Counted from the first letter of the stretch, positions 9,909 through 20,375 are shown. The stretch: 64,000 nt of DNA from an uncultured Holophaga sp. (GCA_963664825.1 OY761614.1:864001-928000); one strand, 5' to 3'. Notes: generated by a model from the sequence alone, not told the origin. A program made the numbers and translations.

Positions 9909-11587
9909 ACGGCCTCCTGCACGCCGCGATCTTCCAGGCGCCCTGGCTTTCGGCTCTGGGTTGGGCCCTGGTGCATTCCCTCTGGGAGGGCAGCTTGGTC
10001 TGCCTCGCCACCGCTTTGATCCTGCGGGGAATGCGGGGTTCCAGCTCCCGTGCCCGCTACCTGGTGGCAGCCCTCGGTCTGCTGCTCTTCGCGGGGCTGC
10101 CCCTGCGGCGCGTGGCTTCCGAGCGCCTTTACCCCTCGACGCCGAAACTCACGGTGCATCTGGAGCAGGGAGTCCCGCTCCAGGCCACACCCCTGGTCCC
10201 GGCGCCGATCCCAATCCCCGCCCTGCGGACGCGCATGGCGGGAGACCTGGAAAGGGCTCTGCCCTGGGTGGTGATGGCCTGGGGGCTGGGGATGCTCGTC
10301 TTCCTGCTCCGCCTGGCCGGGGGTTGGCTCTGGATTCAGCGGCTCCGCTGGCGCAAGGCCTGCCTGGCGCCGGACTTCCTGCAACAGCAGCTGCTGGAGC
10401 TCTGTCGCCGGGCGGGTCTCAAGCGCGCCGTGACGCTGCTCGCCTGTGAAGGCCTGCCCGGTCCAAGTGTCGTGGGCTTCCTGCGTCCGGCCATCCTGGT
10501 GCCCACGGGCTGGTTCCTGAATCTTTCCCCCGAATACGTGGAGGCGCTGCTGGCCCACGAACTGGCCCATGTACTCCGCCACGACTACCTCGTCAACCTG
10601 ATGCAATCGCTCTTGGAAGTGATCTTCTTTTACCACCCGGGCCTCTGGTGGCTCTCCCGGGCCATTCGCCAGGAACGGGAAATGGCCTGCGATGCCTTTG
10701 CCACACGCCTGATCGGAAACCCTCTGCCCCTGGCAGAGGCCCTCACACACCTGGAACGCCGCGGCCTCGGCCGCAGGAACTTCGAACCCTCACTCGCAGC
10801 CCACGGAGGCTCCCTCATGGAACGCATTCAGCAGCTCTTGCTCCCCACGCCTCGCACCTCCTCGACCCCTGTCTTCGGCGCCGTGGCCCTCCTCACGCTG
10901 CTCCTGGCCACGGGCCTGCATATGGGGGCACAGAGCCCCAGCGCCGCGCCGGGCATGCCCACCAACATGGAACTACCCAAGGGCGTGACCGTGAACTGGA
11001 ACAGCACCCACCTCTACATGAACATCCATCACGCCAAGGATGCCGAAGGGAAGAAGATCCCTTACACCTTCCTCGTGGATTTGGTCGCCAACGAGGTCCC
11101 TCTGAAGCAGGCCTGGAAGACCTTCCAGGATGGCTTCCAGGCCGTGGTCGGCAAGGATCTCGAAGTACAGACCTTCGGGCACCGCGACGAGAAGGTGGAA
11201 GGTCCGAGGATCAACCTCGACCTGAAGGGCGCCACACCTGCGGAAGTGCAGACCACATTGATGCGTCTGGCCAAGGAGCACGGCGTGGCCCCCTACCAGG
11301 CGCCTCCAGACCATCCCCTGGGCGAATTCAAGGTGGGCAAGCGCACGGCGGAAGATGGCAGCACACGGTACAGCCTGCACGCCCCTCAAGTGAGCGTGGG
11401 GTATTTAAGGACCATGCTGGAATCGGCCCGAGATTTTGACGAAGACCCTGAATTCAAAAGTGGCTATGCATGCGACCCCCGTGACAAGGACACCCACCCC
11501 GGCCCCAAGGTGGACGCCATCTTCGAGGACCTGCCTCTTCCGGAGCTGGAGAAGCGCGTGAAGGCCCTTATCGAAAACGCCCGATAG
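9905..11587 (+). CDS. BlaR1/MecR1-like M56 metallopeptidase signal transducer
   Basis: GWALVHSLW, HELAH zinc motif, FFYHP, EREMACD, RIQ.LL; overlaps the repressor stop (ATGA). Confidence 0.92.
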   Translation: MNGLLHAAIFQAPWLSALGWALVHSLWEGSLVCLATALILRGMRGSSSRARYLVAALGLLLFAGLPLRRVASERLYPSTPKLTVHLEQGVPLQATPLVPAPIPIPALRTRMAGDLERALPWVVMAWGLGMLVFLLRLAGGWLWIQRLRWRKACLAPDFLQQQLLELCRRAGLKRAVTLLACEGLPGPSVVGFLRPAILVPTGWFLNLSPEYVEALLAHELAHVLRHDYLVNLMQSLLEVIFFYHPGLWWLSRAIRQEREMACDAFATRLIGNPLPLAEALTHLERRGLGRRNFEPSLAAHGGSLMERIQQLLLPTPRTSSTPVFGAVALLTLLLATGLHMGAQSPSAAPGMPTNMELPKGVTVNWNSTHLYMNIHHAKDAEGKKIPYTFLVDLVANEVPLKQAWKTFQDGFQAVVGKDLEVQTFGHRDEKVEGPRINLDLKGATPAEVQTTLMRLAKEHGVAPYQAPPDHPLGEFKVGKRTAEDGSTRYSLHAPQVSVGYLRTMLESARDFDEDPEFKSGYACDPRDKDTHPGPKVDAIFEDLPLPELEKRVKALIENAR

Positions 11588-11601
11588 TGACTTCCGCAGC
11601 A

Positions 11602-11631
11602 CCGAAGGGCCCCGGCAGCGGGGCCCTTCGG
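11602..11631 (+). terminator. GC-rich hairpin after the M56 gene
   Basis: CCGAAGGGCCCC...GGGGCCCTTCGG perfect stem; weak U tract. Confidence 0.55.
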
Positions 11632-11696
11632 GTTCCGGATAGAACCGTGACGTTCGTCCCGGGCCCTGCCGCTAAACTGGGCCCTGGAGCAGTTCT

Positions 11697-13001
11697 TTGC
11701 AGAGCAAAACCCACATGAAGCAGGGCCGGATCCTGCGAGCCTGGGCGCCCCTGGAGGCGGCCTGGCTGCTCATGGCGGTGGAGGGCCCCTTCATCGCCGC
11801 CGTGATCGCGCGCCTGGCGAGCCCCACCCTCAACCTGGCGGCCTTCGGCGTGGCCTTTCCCCTGGCCATGCTCTTCGAGTCCCCCATCATCCTGATCATG
11901 AGCGCCTCCACGGCCCTGGTGGCCGACCGGGATTCCCTCGGCAAGCTCAAGCGCTTCACATGGAGCCTGAACACGGCCATCACGCTGGCCATGCTGGTCT
12001 TCGTGCTGCCGCCGGTCTTCACCTTCTTCACCCGCACGCTCATGGGCCTGCCTCCGGAAGTGGCCCGACTGGCCCACGGCGCCTGCGCCCTGCTGCTGCC
12101 CTGGCCGGCCGCCATCGGCTACAGGCGATTCTTCCAGGGCATCCTCATCCGCCACGGGCTCACGCGCCGGGTGGCGTACGGCACGGCCATCCGCCTGGGC
12201 AGCATGGGCGGAACGGCGATACTGCTGGCCGCCTTCACACCCTGGCAGGGGGCGTGGATTGGGGCCGGGGCCCTGTCGGTAGGCGTCGTGCTGGAGGCGG
12301 CCGCCAGCCGCTTCTGGGCGCGGGAACCGCTGCGGAAGCTGAAGGACACCGAGCCCACAGGCCCGCGCCTCACCTACCCCGCCATCGCCCACTTCTACGT
12401 GCCCCTGGCCATGACCTCCATCCTGACCCTGGGGGTCAACCCCATGGTGTCCTTCTTCCTGGGGCGCAGCGCCCACCCCCTGGAATCCCTGGCGGTCATG
12501 CCCGTGGTGAATTCTTTCATCTTCATCTTCAACACGGCGGGCCTCACCTTCCAGGAGGTGGCCATCCCCCTGATGGACCAGGGCCGCCGCGCCCACGAGG
12601 CCCTTCAGCGCTTCGCCAAGACGACGGCCCTCACGGCCTCCGGAATCCTGATGCTGCTGGTCTTCACGCCCCTGTCCCGGTTGTGGTTCCAGGGAGTGGC
12701 CGGGCTCACGCCCCAGCTGGCGGCCTTCGCGATCCTCCCGGTGGCCATCCTCTTCCTCCAGCCCGCCCTCACGGTGCTGGTGAGCTATCAGCGGGCCACC
12801 CTGGTGGTCTCCCGCACCACCCGCCCCATCACCTGGGCCACGGCCATCGAAGTGGGCGGCATCGCCCTGGTGCTGCTCTTCCTGACCCGCCTCGGATGGG
12901 TGGGGGCCACTGCCGCGGCCTGCGCCCTCGTGGCGGGAAGGGCGGCCTCCGGAATCTACCTGATGCCCAAGACCTGGAAGCTGGCCCGAGGGACGGAGTA
13001 G
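11697..13001 (+). CDS. MATE/MOP-superfamily membrane transporter
   Basis: About 12 hydrophobic helices in two similar halves; start may be ATG 11715. Confidence 0.7.
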   Translation: MQSKTHMKQGRILRAWAPLEAAWLLMAVEGPFIAAVIARLASPTLNLAAFGVAFPLAMLFESPIILIMSASTALVADRDSLGKLKRFTWSLNTAITLAMLVFVLPPVFTFFTRTLMGLPPEVARLAHGACALLLPWPAAIGYRRFFQGILIRHGLTRRVAYGTAIRLGSMGGTAILLAAFTPWQGAWIGAGALSVGVVLEAAASRFWAREPLRKLKDTEPTGPRLTYPAIAHFYVPLAMTSILTLGVNPMVSFFLGRSAHPLESLAVMPVVNSFIFIFNTAGLTFQEVAIPLMDQGRRAHEALQRFAKTTALTASGILMLLVFTPLSRLWFQGVAGLTPQLAAFAILPVAILFLQPALTVLVSYQRATLVVSRTTRPITWATAIEVGGIALVLLFLTRLGWVGATAAACALVAGRAASGIYLMPKTWKLARGTE

Positions 13002-13033
13002 ATCACCACGGAGGACATGGAAAACAGAAGGAG

Positions 13034-13092
13034 GCTGCGTTTGACCCGCTCCGCTTCGCAGATCGCTATCTTCGAACGCACCCTGGTATCAG
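13034..13092 (-). repeat. 59-bp intergenic repeat, copy 1 (short)
   Basis: 56/59 identical to the reverse complement of 29975-30033 by manual alignment. Confidence 0.9.
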
Positions 13093-13568
13093 ACCCTGAC
13101 GACATGGGTGCCCGCCATGAGGTCGTGGAGGCAGCGGCGGGTGGGTCCGAAGATGAAGAGCACGTCCAAGAGGTAGACCAGGCTCCCAAAAGCCATCAGC
13201 ACATGGCCGGAGGTCGTGCGATCCCGGGCGCCGAAGAACTGAAGGAAGAGCGCGATGGCCGGAATGCCGAATTCCCGCACCAGGAGCCAGCCGATGTGGG
13301 GAATGCCCCCATCCGTCCGCATGATGTAGATGCCAAGCGCCTTCTTGCCGAGAGTCTGGGCCTGGGTGACCAAAAAATAAACCTGGGCGATGAATATGCC
13401 CAACAGCCCCCCCAGCATCAGGATGGGCCCCAGGCAAGGGAAGAAGACCAAGGGCAGAGGGGCGAACCAGACGAGGCCGTCCACCAAGCGGGCCGCGAAA
13501 CGGCTCCAGCGGGAGGCCGCCTCGATCTCCTGGGTGTCGCTCACCAGGTGGGGGTTCTCGATGGGCAT
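13089..13568 (-). CDS. RDD-family membrane protein
   Basis: ASRWSRFAARLVD, QTLGKKALGI, R.LHDLMAGTHVV. Confidence 0.9.
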   Translation of the reverse strand: MPIENPHLVSDTQEIEAASRWSRFAARLVDGLVWFAPLPLVFFPCLGPILMLGGLLGIFIAQVYFLVTQAQTLGKKALGIYIMRTDGGIPHIGWLLVREFGIPAIALFLQFFGARDRTTSGHVLMAFGSLVYLLDVLFIFGPTRRCLHDLMAGTHVVRV

Positions 13569-13658
13569 GAAGCACCTCCTTGCTCCTAAGCTGCCCCAGG
13601 GTAGCGGAGAAAGGCATTCAGGGCTGTCCTTGGTAGGCTATAGCCTGGGAGTTCGTCC

Positions 13659-16205
13659 ATGTCCACGCCGATGCAGATGCAGATCGCCGCCCTCAAGCGC
13701 GAGGCGGGGGATGCCATCCTGCTCACGCGCATGGGGGACTTCTACGAACTCATCGGCGAAGATGCCGTGAAGGCCGCGCCTGCCATGGAGATCGCCCTGA
13801 CCACCCGGGGCAAGGGCACCGACAACGAGACGCCCATGTGCGGCGTGCCCCACTTCGCCCTGGAATCCTATCTGCCCAAGCTCCTGGCGGCGGGCTATTC
13901 GGCGGCCATCGCCGACCCCACCGCCAAGCCCGAGGAGGTGAAGGGCCTGCTGCCCCGGGCCATCACGCGCATCATCACGCCGGGCACCTGGCTGGATGAC
14001 GATGCCCGCTGGTTGGCCAGCGTCCATCGCCTGGGGGAACACTGGGGCATCGCCCTGCTCCAGCTCGCCTCGGGCCAGCTGCGGGTGATCCCGGGGGAAG
14101 GCGCCGAACTGCTGGCCTCCACACTGGAGCGCCTGGCGCCCCAGGAGCTGATCCTCGCAGAAGGCAGTGCGGACGCCTTCGAGCTGGAGGCCGCCCGCAC
14201 GCCCCTGCCGGGATGGCGCTTCGAACCCTCGCGGGCGCGCCAGCAGGTGCTGGCCTTCTTCGGCTGGACCCACCTGGAGGGGGTGGGCCTCGACCCTTAC
14301 CCGGCGGCCATCGGCGCGCTGGGAGCCCTGCTGGACCAGGTGGAGGCCACCCAAAAGGGCCGCCCCGCCCACATCCAGGGCGTGGCCCTGGAACTGGGCG
14401 CCACGGGGCCCCTGCTGGACGCCGTGAGCGCCCGGCATCTGGAGATCTTCGCCAATACCCTGGATGGTTCCAAGCACGGCAGCCTGCTGGCCCTGCTGGA
14501 CCAGACCCGCACGCGCATGGGTTCCAGGCTCCTGAAAGCCTGGCTGGACCAGCCCCTGCGGGAGCGCCAGGGCCTGACCCGCAGATGGGACCAGGTGGCC
14601 TGGCTCACGGAGGATAGCCGCCGGGATCCCCTGCAGAAGCTCATGGCCCAGGTGCCGGATCTGGATCGCCTGCTGGGCCGCGTGGCCCTGAATATGGCCA
14701 CGCCGCCGGAACTGGGCCAGTTGCGGGAGGGCCTGGGCCAGCTCCAGCGCCTGCCCGGCCTCATCACCGATGGGGGCTGGCTCGAGGACGCCAAGGAACT
14801 GGAACTCTGGCCCGAGGGCACTCCCCTCTGCGAAGGCCTGCTCTCGGAATTGCGGCGCTCCCTGGCCGAGGCGCCCCCTCTGGACGTGGAGAAGGGCGGC
14901 GCCATCCGCGATGGCGTGGACCCCGAACTGGACGCCGTGCGCCGCCTGGCCCGGGACGCCAAGCAGGTCATGCTCGAATTCGAGGAGGAGGAACGCCGGG
15001 AGAGCGGCATCCAGAGCCTGAAAATCAAATACAACCGCGTGTTTGGCTACTACTTCGAGATCACCAAATCGAACCTGGCCTCCGCGCCCCCCCACTTCAT
15101 CCGCAAGCAGACACTGGCCAATGCAGAACGCTTTACCACCGAAAAGCTCATGGCCTTCGAGCAGCGCCTGCTCTCGGCTGAAGGGGACCTCTTGAGGCTG
15201 GAAGCCCTCCAGTTCAAGCGCCTGCTGGGCCTGGTGCTCGATAGCCGGGCCGATATCTGCGCACTCTCCCTGGCTGTGGCGCGGCTGGACGTGCTCTGCG
15301 CCTTCGCCGAAAAGGCCCGCCACAGCGGCTGGATGAGGCCGGAGCTTTCCGAGGACCGGGAGCTGATTCTCGCCGGTGCCCGGCACCCCATGCTGGAGGC
15401 CCGCATGGGCCGGGAGTGCATTCCCAATGATCTGGCGCTGAAGCAGAGCCGCCCCATGGCCGTGGTGACCGGGCCCAATATGGGCGGCAAGTCCACCTTC
15501 CTGCGCACCTCGGCCCTCCTGGTGGTCATGGCCCAGACGGGCTGCTTCGTGCCCGCCGATCTCATGCGCTTCGCCCTGGTGGACCGCATCTTCACGCGCA
15601 TCGGGGCCTCGGACTTCCTCTCCAAGGGCCAATCCACCTTCATGGTGGAGATGACGGAGACCGCCCGCATCCTCAATCAGGTGACCCCCGCCAGCCTGGT
15701 GATCCTGGACGAGATCGGCCGGGGCACAAGCACACGGGATGGTCTCGCCCTTGCGGAGGCGATTGCCCTTCATTTGCGGGATCTCAAGGGGGGCGCGCCG
15801 CGGACGCTCTTTGCCACCCACTACTTCGAACTCACCAAGCTGGCCGGGGATGGCCGATTCCAGAACCTCCACGTGGAGGTGCAGGAGTGGGAGGATCAGC
15901 TGCTCTTCCTCCACCGCATCGGCGAGGGCCCCGCGGACCGCAGCTACGGCATCCAGGTGGCCAAGCTGGCGGGTCTGCCCAGGAGCGTCATCACCCGGGC
16001 CCAGCGCCTCCTGGCCGAGGCCAAGGAGGTTTCCATCGAGCCCGTCCGGAAGCCGAAGCGGACACCCGATGTCCAGCAGCCCATGCTGCCCCTCTTCGAT
16101 GAACCAGAGACCGATCCCCTGCGGGAGGAGCTGAAGTCCCTGGACCTCACCCGCATGACGCCCCTGGAGGCCCTCAATTGGCTGGCGGCCAAGCAGCAGG
16201 GCTAG
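13659..16205 (+). CDS. mutS: DNA mismatch repair protein MutS
   Basis: MGDFYE, PMCGVP, TGPNMGGKST, STFMVEM, DEIGRGTST, SYGIQVAKLAGLP. Confidence 0.97.
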   Translation: MSTPMQMQIAALKREAGDAILLTRMGDFYELIGEDAVKAAPAMEIALTTRGKGTDNETPMCGVPHFALESYLPKLLAAGYSAAIADPTAKPEEVKGLLPRAITRIITPGTWLDDDARWLASVHRLGEHWGIALLQLASGQLRVIPGEGAELLASTLERLAPQELILAEGSADAFELEAARTPLPGWRFEPSRARQQVLAFFGWTHLEGVGLDPYPAAIGALGALLDQVEATQKGRPAHIQGVALELGATGPLLDAVSARHLEIFANTLDGSKHGSLLALLDQTRTRMGSRLLKAWLDQPLRERQGLTRRWDQVAWLTEDSRRDPLQKLMAQVPDLDRLLGRVALNMATPPELGQLREGLGQLQRLPGLITDGGWLEDAKELELWPEGTPLCEGLLSELRRSLAEAPPLDVEKGGAIRDGVDPELDAVRRLARDAKQVMLEFEEEERRESGIQSLKIKYNRVFGYYFEITKSNLASAPPHFIRKQTLANAERFTTEKLMAFEQRLLSAEGDLLRLEALQFKRLLGLVLDSRADICALSLAVARLDVLCAFAEKARHSGWMRPELSEDRELILAGARHPMLEARMGRECIPNDLALKQSRPMAVVTGPNMGGKSTFLRTSALLVVMAQTGCFVPADLMRFALVDRIFTRIGASDFLSKGQSTFMVEMTETARILNQVTPASLVILDEIGRGTSTRDGLALAEAIALHLRDLKGGAPRTLFATHYFELTKLAGDGRFQNLHVEVQEWEDQLLFLHRIGEGPADRSYGIQVAKLAGLPRSVITRAQRLLAEAKEVSIEPVRKPKRTPDVQQPMLPLFDEPETDPLREELKSLDLTRMTPLEALNWLAAKQQG

Positions 16206-16244
16206 GACCCACTTCCGAGCGAGGCAGGTCTTACAGACGGGTTC

Positions 16245-16868
16245 CTAGACCTTCACACCCAGGGCCTCCAGTTCCCGAATCAGGCTCTCGGCGTCCCTGT
16301 AGGTGATGCCCTGCATCCCGAGCTGCCTCGCGCCCTCGGCGAATTCAGGCCGGTCATCGATGAACACGCAGGCCTCGGCCGGCAGACCCAGCTGGGCCAG
16401 GACGTCCTCATAGAGCCGGGGGTCGGGCTTGAGGGCCTTCAGGACGTGGGAGAGCGTGACGGCCTGGAAGAGGGGAAAGATCTCGCAGGGGCGGATGGTG
16501 TGTTCGAAGTGCCAGGGGTTCGTATTGGAGATGAGGCCAAGACGAAAGCGGGGGGCCAGGCGCCGGATCAGTGCCAGGGTGCTTTCGATGGGGGTGAAGA
16601 TATCCGTGAAGGCCCGCAGGAAGGCGTCTTCCGGGAAGGGGTATCCGCAGAGCCTGGAGACGCCTTCCAGGAAGGCGGGAGAATCCAAGCGGCCGGACTC
16701 GTAGTCCTCCGAGAGGGTCGAGGCTGCCAGCAAGGCGGCGAGTTGGCTCACCGGTTTCCCGCAGAGGGCCGAGAGGCCTGCCAGGATCCGCCCATTATCG
16801 AAGCGGTAGATCACATTGCCGAAGTCGAAGATGACCCCGCGAATGGGGCCTGGGTGGGAGGTTGCCAT
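16245..16868 (-). CDS. HAD-superfamily phosphatase (YihX-like)
   Basis: IFDFGNV, ISNTN, KPDP, FIDD motifs. Confidence 0.9.
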   Translation of the reverse strand: MATSHPGPIRGVIFDFGNVIYRFDNGRILAGLSALCGKPVSQLAALLAASTLSEDYESGRLDSPAFLEGVSRLCGYPFPEDAFLRAFTDIFTPIESTLALIRRLAPRFRLGLISNTNPWHFEHTIRPCEIFPLFQAVTLSHVLKALKPDPRLYEDVLAQLGLPAEACVFIDDRPEFAEGARQLGMQGITYRDAESLIRELEALGVKV

Positions 16869-16921
16869 GGCTAAGAGCATCCGTGAATGCGGCATCCACT
16901 ACAATGGCCCTGGAGGATTTC

Positions 16922-17332
16922 ATGAAGATTCTGCGCATCAGCCATCTGGGCATCGCCTCTCCCACCCTCACGGCAGCCATGGAGCGCCTGGACAAGCTCT
17001 TCGGCATCCAGGCCGAGCATGTGGAGGAAGTGGCCGACCAGAAGGTGCGCACGGCCTTCTATTCCGTGGGGGAGAGCTCCCTGGAATACCTGGAGCCCAA
17101 GGACCCCGAGGGCCCCGTGGCGAAATTCCTGGAGAAGAAGGGCCCGGGCATCCATCATCTGGCCTTCGAGGTCGATGACGTGGACGCCGCCGTGCAGGAG
17201 CTGCTGGCCAAGGGCGTCCGCATGATCGACAAGGCCCCCCGCCCGGGCGCCCACGGCAACCGCATCGCCTTCATCCACCCCAGCGAAACCGGCGGCGTGC
17301 TCATGGAGATCTGTCAGGCAGCGAAGCACTAG
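16922..17332 (+). CDS. mce: Methylmalonyl-CoA epimerase
   Basis: ISHLGIA, KFLEKKGPGIHHLAFEV, GAHG..IAFIHP..TGGVLMEI; RBS GGAGG. Confidence 0.93.
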   Translation: MKILRISHLGIASPTLTAAMERLDKLFGIQAEHVEEVADQKVRTAFYSVGESSLEYLEPKDPEGPVAKFLEKKGPGIHHLAFEVDDVDAAVQELLAKGVRMIDKAPRPGAHGNRIAFIHPSETGGVLMEICQAAKH

Positions 17333-17390
17333 CGGGTGGCATTCAAGGCTCCCGTGGAACCTCGAATGCCGGGACCCGCTGTGCTGAGCA

Positions 17391-20375
17391 TCAGGCCTTC
17401 GGTGCGTGCTTGAAGATGGCCGAGCAGCCGTGGCGGCCATCCATGACCACGTGGAGGGGTGCCTCCACCCGGGTATGGACGAGGGCTCCCCGCCGACTCA
17501 GCACGGGCTGAGCCCGCAGCCATGCCCAATCCAGGAGATTGGGACCCGGCGGGTGGGGCACGGTGAAGTAGCCGATATTGAGGGACGTCACGTTGTGGAA
17601 GAAATGGGAGCCCAGGGAGGCATCCGCCTGGAGGCCCTCCATGGAGAATTCCACGATCACCGGGGCGCAGGAGATCATGGGCCAGCTGATGGGGATGCCC
17701 AGGAAGCGGTCGCTGCTGCCCCAGCGGCCGGGGCCCAGGAGCACGTACTTGCCTCCGCTGGCCCGGAATTCGTCGTTGAGCTTCTCCACTTCGGCGGCCA
17801 GTTCCTGGGTGGCGAACTTATCGAAGAGGTCCGGATCCACCCAGACGATATCCCGCAGACCCTCCACGAGCCCGTTGCCCACGCACTTCTCGGAAAAGAG
17901 GAAGAGGCTCTCTGGATCGAGCTCCCCGCGCTCCAGGTTCACATCGGCGGAATCCATGAGCTGGTGCTTCACCTGGAGGAGGAAGAAGGTGGGCCTGCCA
18001 TTGGCCGGGTCGGGCCTCAGATCCACGGCGAATTCCATTTCCACCGGGGTCTCCATGGCATCCCGGATGAGATCCAGGGCCTCTTTCAGGACGGCGGCCA
18101 GGGGGAACTGCTCGTACTTGATCACGTTCCTGAAATTCACGATGCGGGGCCCCGGGCGGTCCAGGCCATCCCGGAGGCGATCATCCTCGAAGTCCCAGGT
18201 GGAGGCGCAATGGGTGAGGGCGCCATCGGCTTCGGCCTGGGCGATATCGAGTTCCAGGAGGGTCGCATCCTCCCCATTGAAGAGATCGACCGTGTTCTGG
18301 CTCATATCCAGCGCGAAGAAGCGCTCCTGGGTGGTCCGCAGCTGTTCCTGGGGCACCAGCATATCCATCTGGGGGTAGGCCGGGCAGAAGCGGAAGGCCT
18401 TGCCGCCCTCCACCACGTACTTCCCCAGGCCCAGCCCCAGGTTCGCGATGCCGTCCTGGGGCTGGAGGTAGGCCAGGGGGTAGTAGTTGAAGGACTGGGC
18501 CACCCCGGAGATATGGGGGTAGAAGCGAGTCCCGAAGGCGCTCCCGGCCACCTCCTGGAGGAGGACGGCCATCTTCTCCTCCTCGATCTTGTAGTCGATG
18601 GCCTGGAAGTAGGACCGAGCCTCCCTGGAATAGACCGAGGCGTAGACGAGCTTGATGGCCTCGGTCAGCTGGGCCACCCGCACGGCCAGATCCGGGTGGT
18701 TATTGGGCAGGAAGAAGGTGCTGTAGAGGCCGGCGAAGGGGTGGGAGAGACTATCCTCCAGGAGCCCGGAAGAGCGCACGGCCAGCGGGTGCCGCATGTG
18801 CTCCAGGAGCCGGTGCAGCTTGTTCATGAGGGCCGGAGACAAGGCCCCCATGAGGAAGCGGCGCTTCACGGCCTCCGGGTCCAGTCCATCCTGGAGGGTG
18901 TGTGAAAGGCCATTGCGCTCGATGAATTCGGCGAATTCGTCGGTGCCGATGACGGCGCTGCGGGGAATGCGGATATTGGCCTGGGGGAAGCGCTCCTCCA
19001 GATCCAGCCCCACCAGGAGGGAATTGGTGAAGGCCACCCCCCGGCCCTTGCCGCCCATGGAACCCCCCGCCAGGCGCAGGATATTCGAGGGCTCATGGAA
19101 GGCCGCTTCCGTGAAGGGCACCACCTTCCCCCGGGACTTGGTGGCCTGGATGTGGTCCCCCATGTGGAGGAGGAAACGGCGCAGGGCCTCCGCATCCTCG
19201 AAGTCCGAAGGCCGCACCCGCTGCACCACCTGGGCGATCTGGATCTCCCCCCGGGCCATGAGCCAGGCCGAGAAGTGGTTCCGGGTGGCGTGGTAGACGA
19301 GGGATTCCGTCGGCAGGATCCGCAGCTTTTCCTCCAGATCCGCCAGGGAACCGGCCCGGGCCAGCTCCCGGCCCTCCTGATCCCGGAAGATGAAGTCCCC
19401 GAAGCCCAGGTGCTCGTAGAAGAAGCTGGCCAGCTCGGCGCCCAGGGTGGGGGAATTCTTGTTGAGGAAGCGGATGCCCAGGGAGGCCGCCAGGGCCTCC
19501 TTGTCGGGATCCGAGGACTGCATCAGGGTGGGCAGATCCGGCTGACGCTCCCGCAGATCCCGGATGAGCTTGATGCCCGCCTCCCGATCCATGACCCCGG
19601 CCATGGGGAACTTCCGATCGGAGATCACGCAGAGCAGGTAATCCCGGTACTGTTCGCAGAAGGCCACGGCCTCCTCGAAGGTGGTGGCCAGGATGACCTT
19701 GGGCCGGGCCCGCATGCGCAGGGTGCGGGTCATCCCGTCGATATCCTGCTCCTCGGCCAGCCGCCGGGTCTGCTTCATGATCACCCGGTAGAGGATGGGC
19801 AGATAGCGGGAGTAGTAGCGGATGCTGTCCTCCACCAGGAGGATCACCCGCGTGAGCCCGATGGTGGTGTCGTTGAGGACATTGCTGCGGTCCTCCATGA
19901 ACTTGACCATGGCCGGGAAGATCTCGGGATTGCCGTTCCACACGAAGATGTTGTCGTAGTGCCGGAGGAACTCCTCCCGGCGCCGGTCCAGGATCCCCAG
20001 TTCCACGTTGTCGTTCAGGAGCAGAAAGATGGGGATGCGCCCGTCGGCCTCCCTCAGCTTGCGGGAGAGTTCGCAGTGGCCCCCCTGCCCCAGGCGGCTC
20101 ATGACGATGATGAGATCGAAGTGGCGCGTGGTCAGCTTCTCCAGCGCCTCTTCGCTGGAGGAGACGTTCGTGATCCGGGGAGGATTGCTCATATTCAGCT
20201 GGTAGTAGCCTTCGAAGAGCACCTCCGTGAGCAGCCCATCCTCCTCCAGGGTGAAGGCATCGAAGGCGGAAGCCACCAGCAGGATCTCCCGCATGCGCAG
20301 CGGCATCAGATCGTGGAAGATCTCCTTGTCCGATCGGTATTTCCGGAAGCTCTCGGGAATTTCGCGGTCAATCAT
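17391..20375 (-). CDS. PEP-synthase/PPDK nucleotide-binding-domain protein with N-terminal receiver-like domains
   Basis: GGKGRG, AVRSSGLLEDS..FAGLY, EMEFAV, LLQ motifs; N-terminal ILLVEDS and VISD. Confidence 0.85.
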   Translation of the reverse strand: MIDREIPESFRKYRSDKEIFHDLMPLRMREILLVASAFDAFTLEEDGLLTEVLFEGYYQLNMSNPPRITNVSSSEEALEKLTTRHFDLIIVMSRLGQGGHCELSRKLREADGRIPIFLLLNDNVELGILDRRREEFLRHYDNIFVWNGNPEIFPAMVKFMEDRSNVLNDTTIGLTRVILLVEDSIRYYSRYLPILYRVIMKQTRRLAEEQDIDGMTRTLRMRARPKVILATTFEEAVAFCEQYRDYLLCVISDRKFPMAGVMDREAGIKLIRDLRERQPDLPTLMQSSDPDKEALAASLGIRFLNKNSPTLGAELASFFYEHLGFGDFIFRDQEGRELARAGSLADLEEKLRILPTESLVYHATRNHFSAWLMARGEIQIAQVVQRVRPSDFEDAEALRRFLLHMGDHIQATKSRGKVVPFTEAAFHEPSNILRLAGGSMGGKGRGVAFTNSLLVGLDLEERFPQANIRIPRSAVIGTDEFAEFIERNGLSHTLQDGLDPEAVKRRFLMGALSPALMNKLHRLLEHMRHPLAVRSSGLLEDSLSHPFAGLYSTFFLPNNHPDLAVRVAQLTEAIKLVYASVYSREARSYFQAIDYKIEEEKMAVLLQEVAGSAFGTRFYPHISGVAQSFNYYPLAYLQPQDGIANLGLGLGKYVVEGGKAFRFCPAYPQMDMLVPQEQLRTTQERFFALDMSQNTVDLFNGEDATLLELDIAQAEADGALTHCASTWDFEDDRLRDGLDRPGPRIVNFRNVIKYEQFPLAAVLKEALDLIRDAMETPVEMEFAVDLRPDPANGRPTFFLLQVKHQLMDSADVNLERGELDPESLFLFSEKCVGNGLVEGLRDIVWVDPDLFDKFATQELAAEVEKLNDEFRASGGKYVLLGPGRWGSSDRFLGIPISWPMISCAPVIVEFSMEGLQADASLGSHFFHNVTSLNIGYFTVPHPPGPNLLDWAWLRAQPVLSRRGALVHTRVEAPLHVVMDGRHGCSAIFKHAPKA

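Noticed and set aside
8751..11587. Beta-lactam resistance locus (MBL plus BlaI/BlaR)
   Set aside because: The MBL has glyoxalase II-type motifs and no signal peptide; the M56 protein lacks a penicillin-binding domain
13017..13589. 190-aa plus-strand ORF sharing TRSASQIAIFERTLVS with ORF 29682-30026
   Set aside because: The shared peptide is just the translated DNA repeat; the ORF is antisense to the RDD gene
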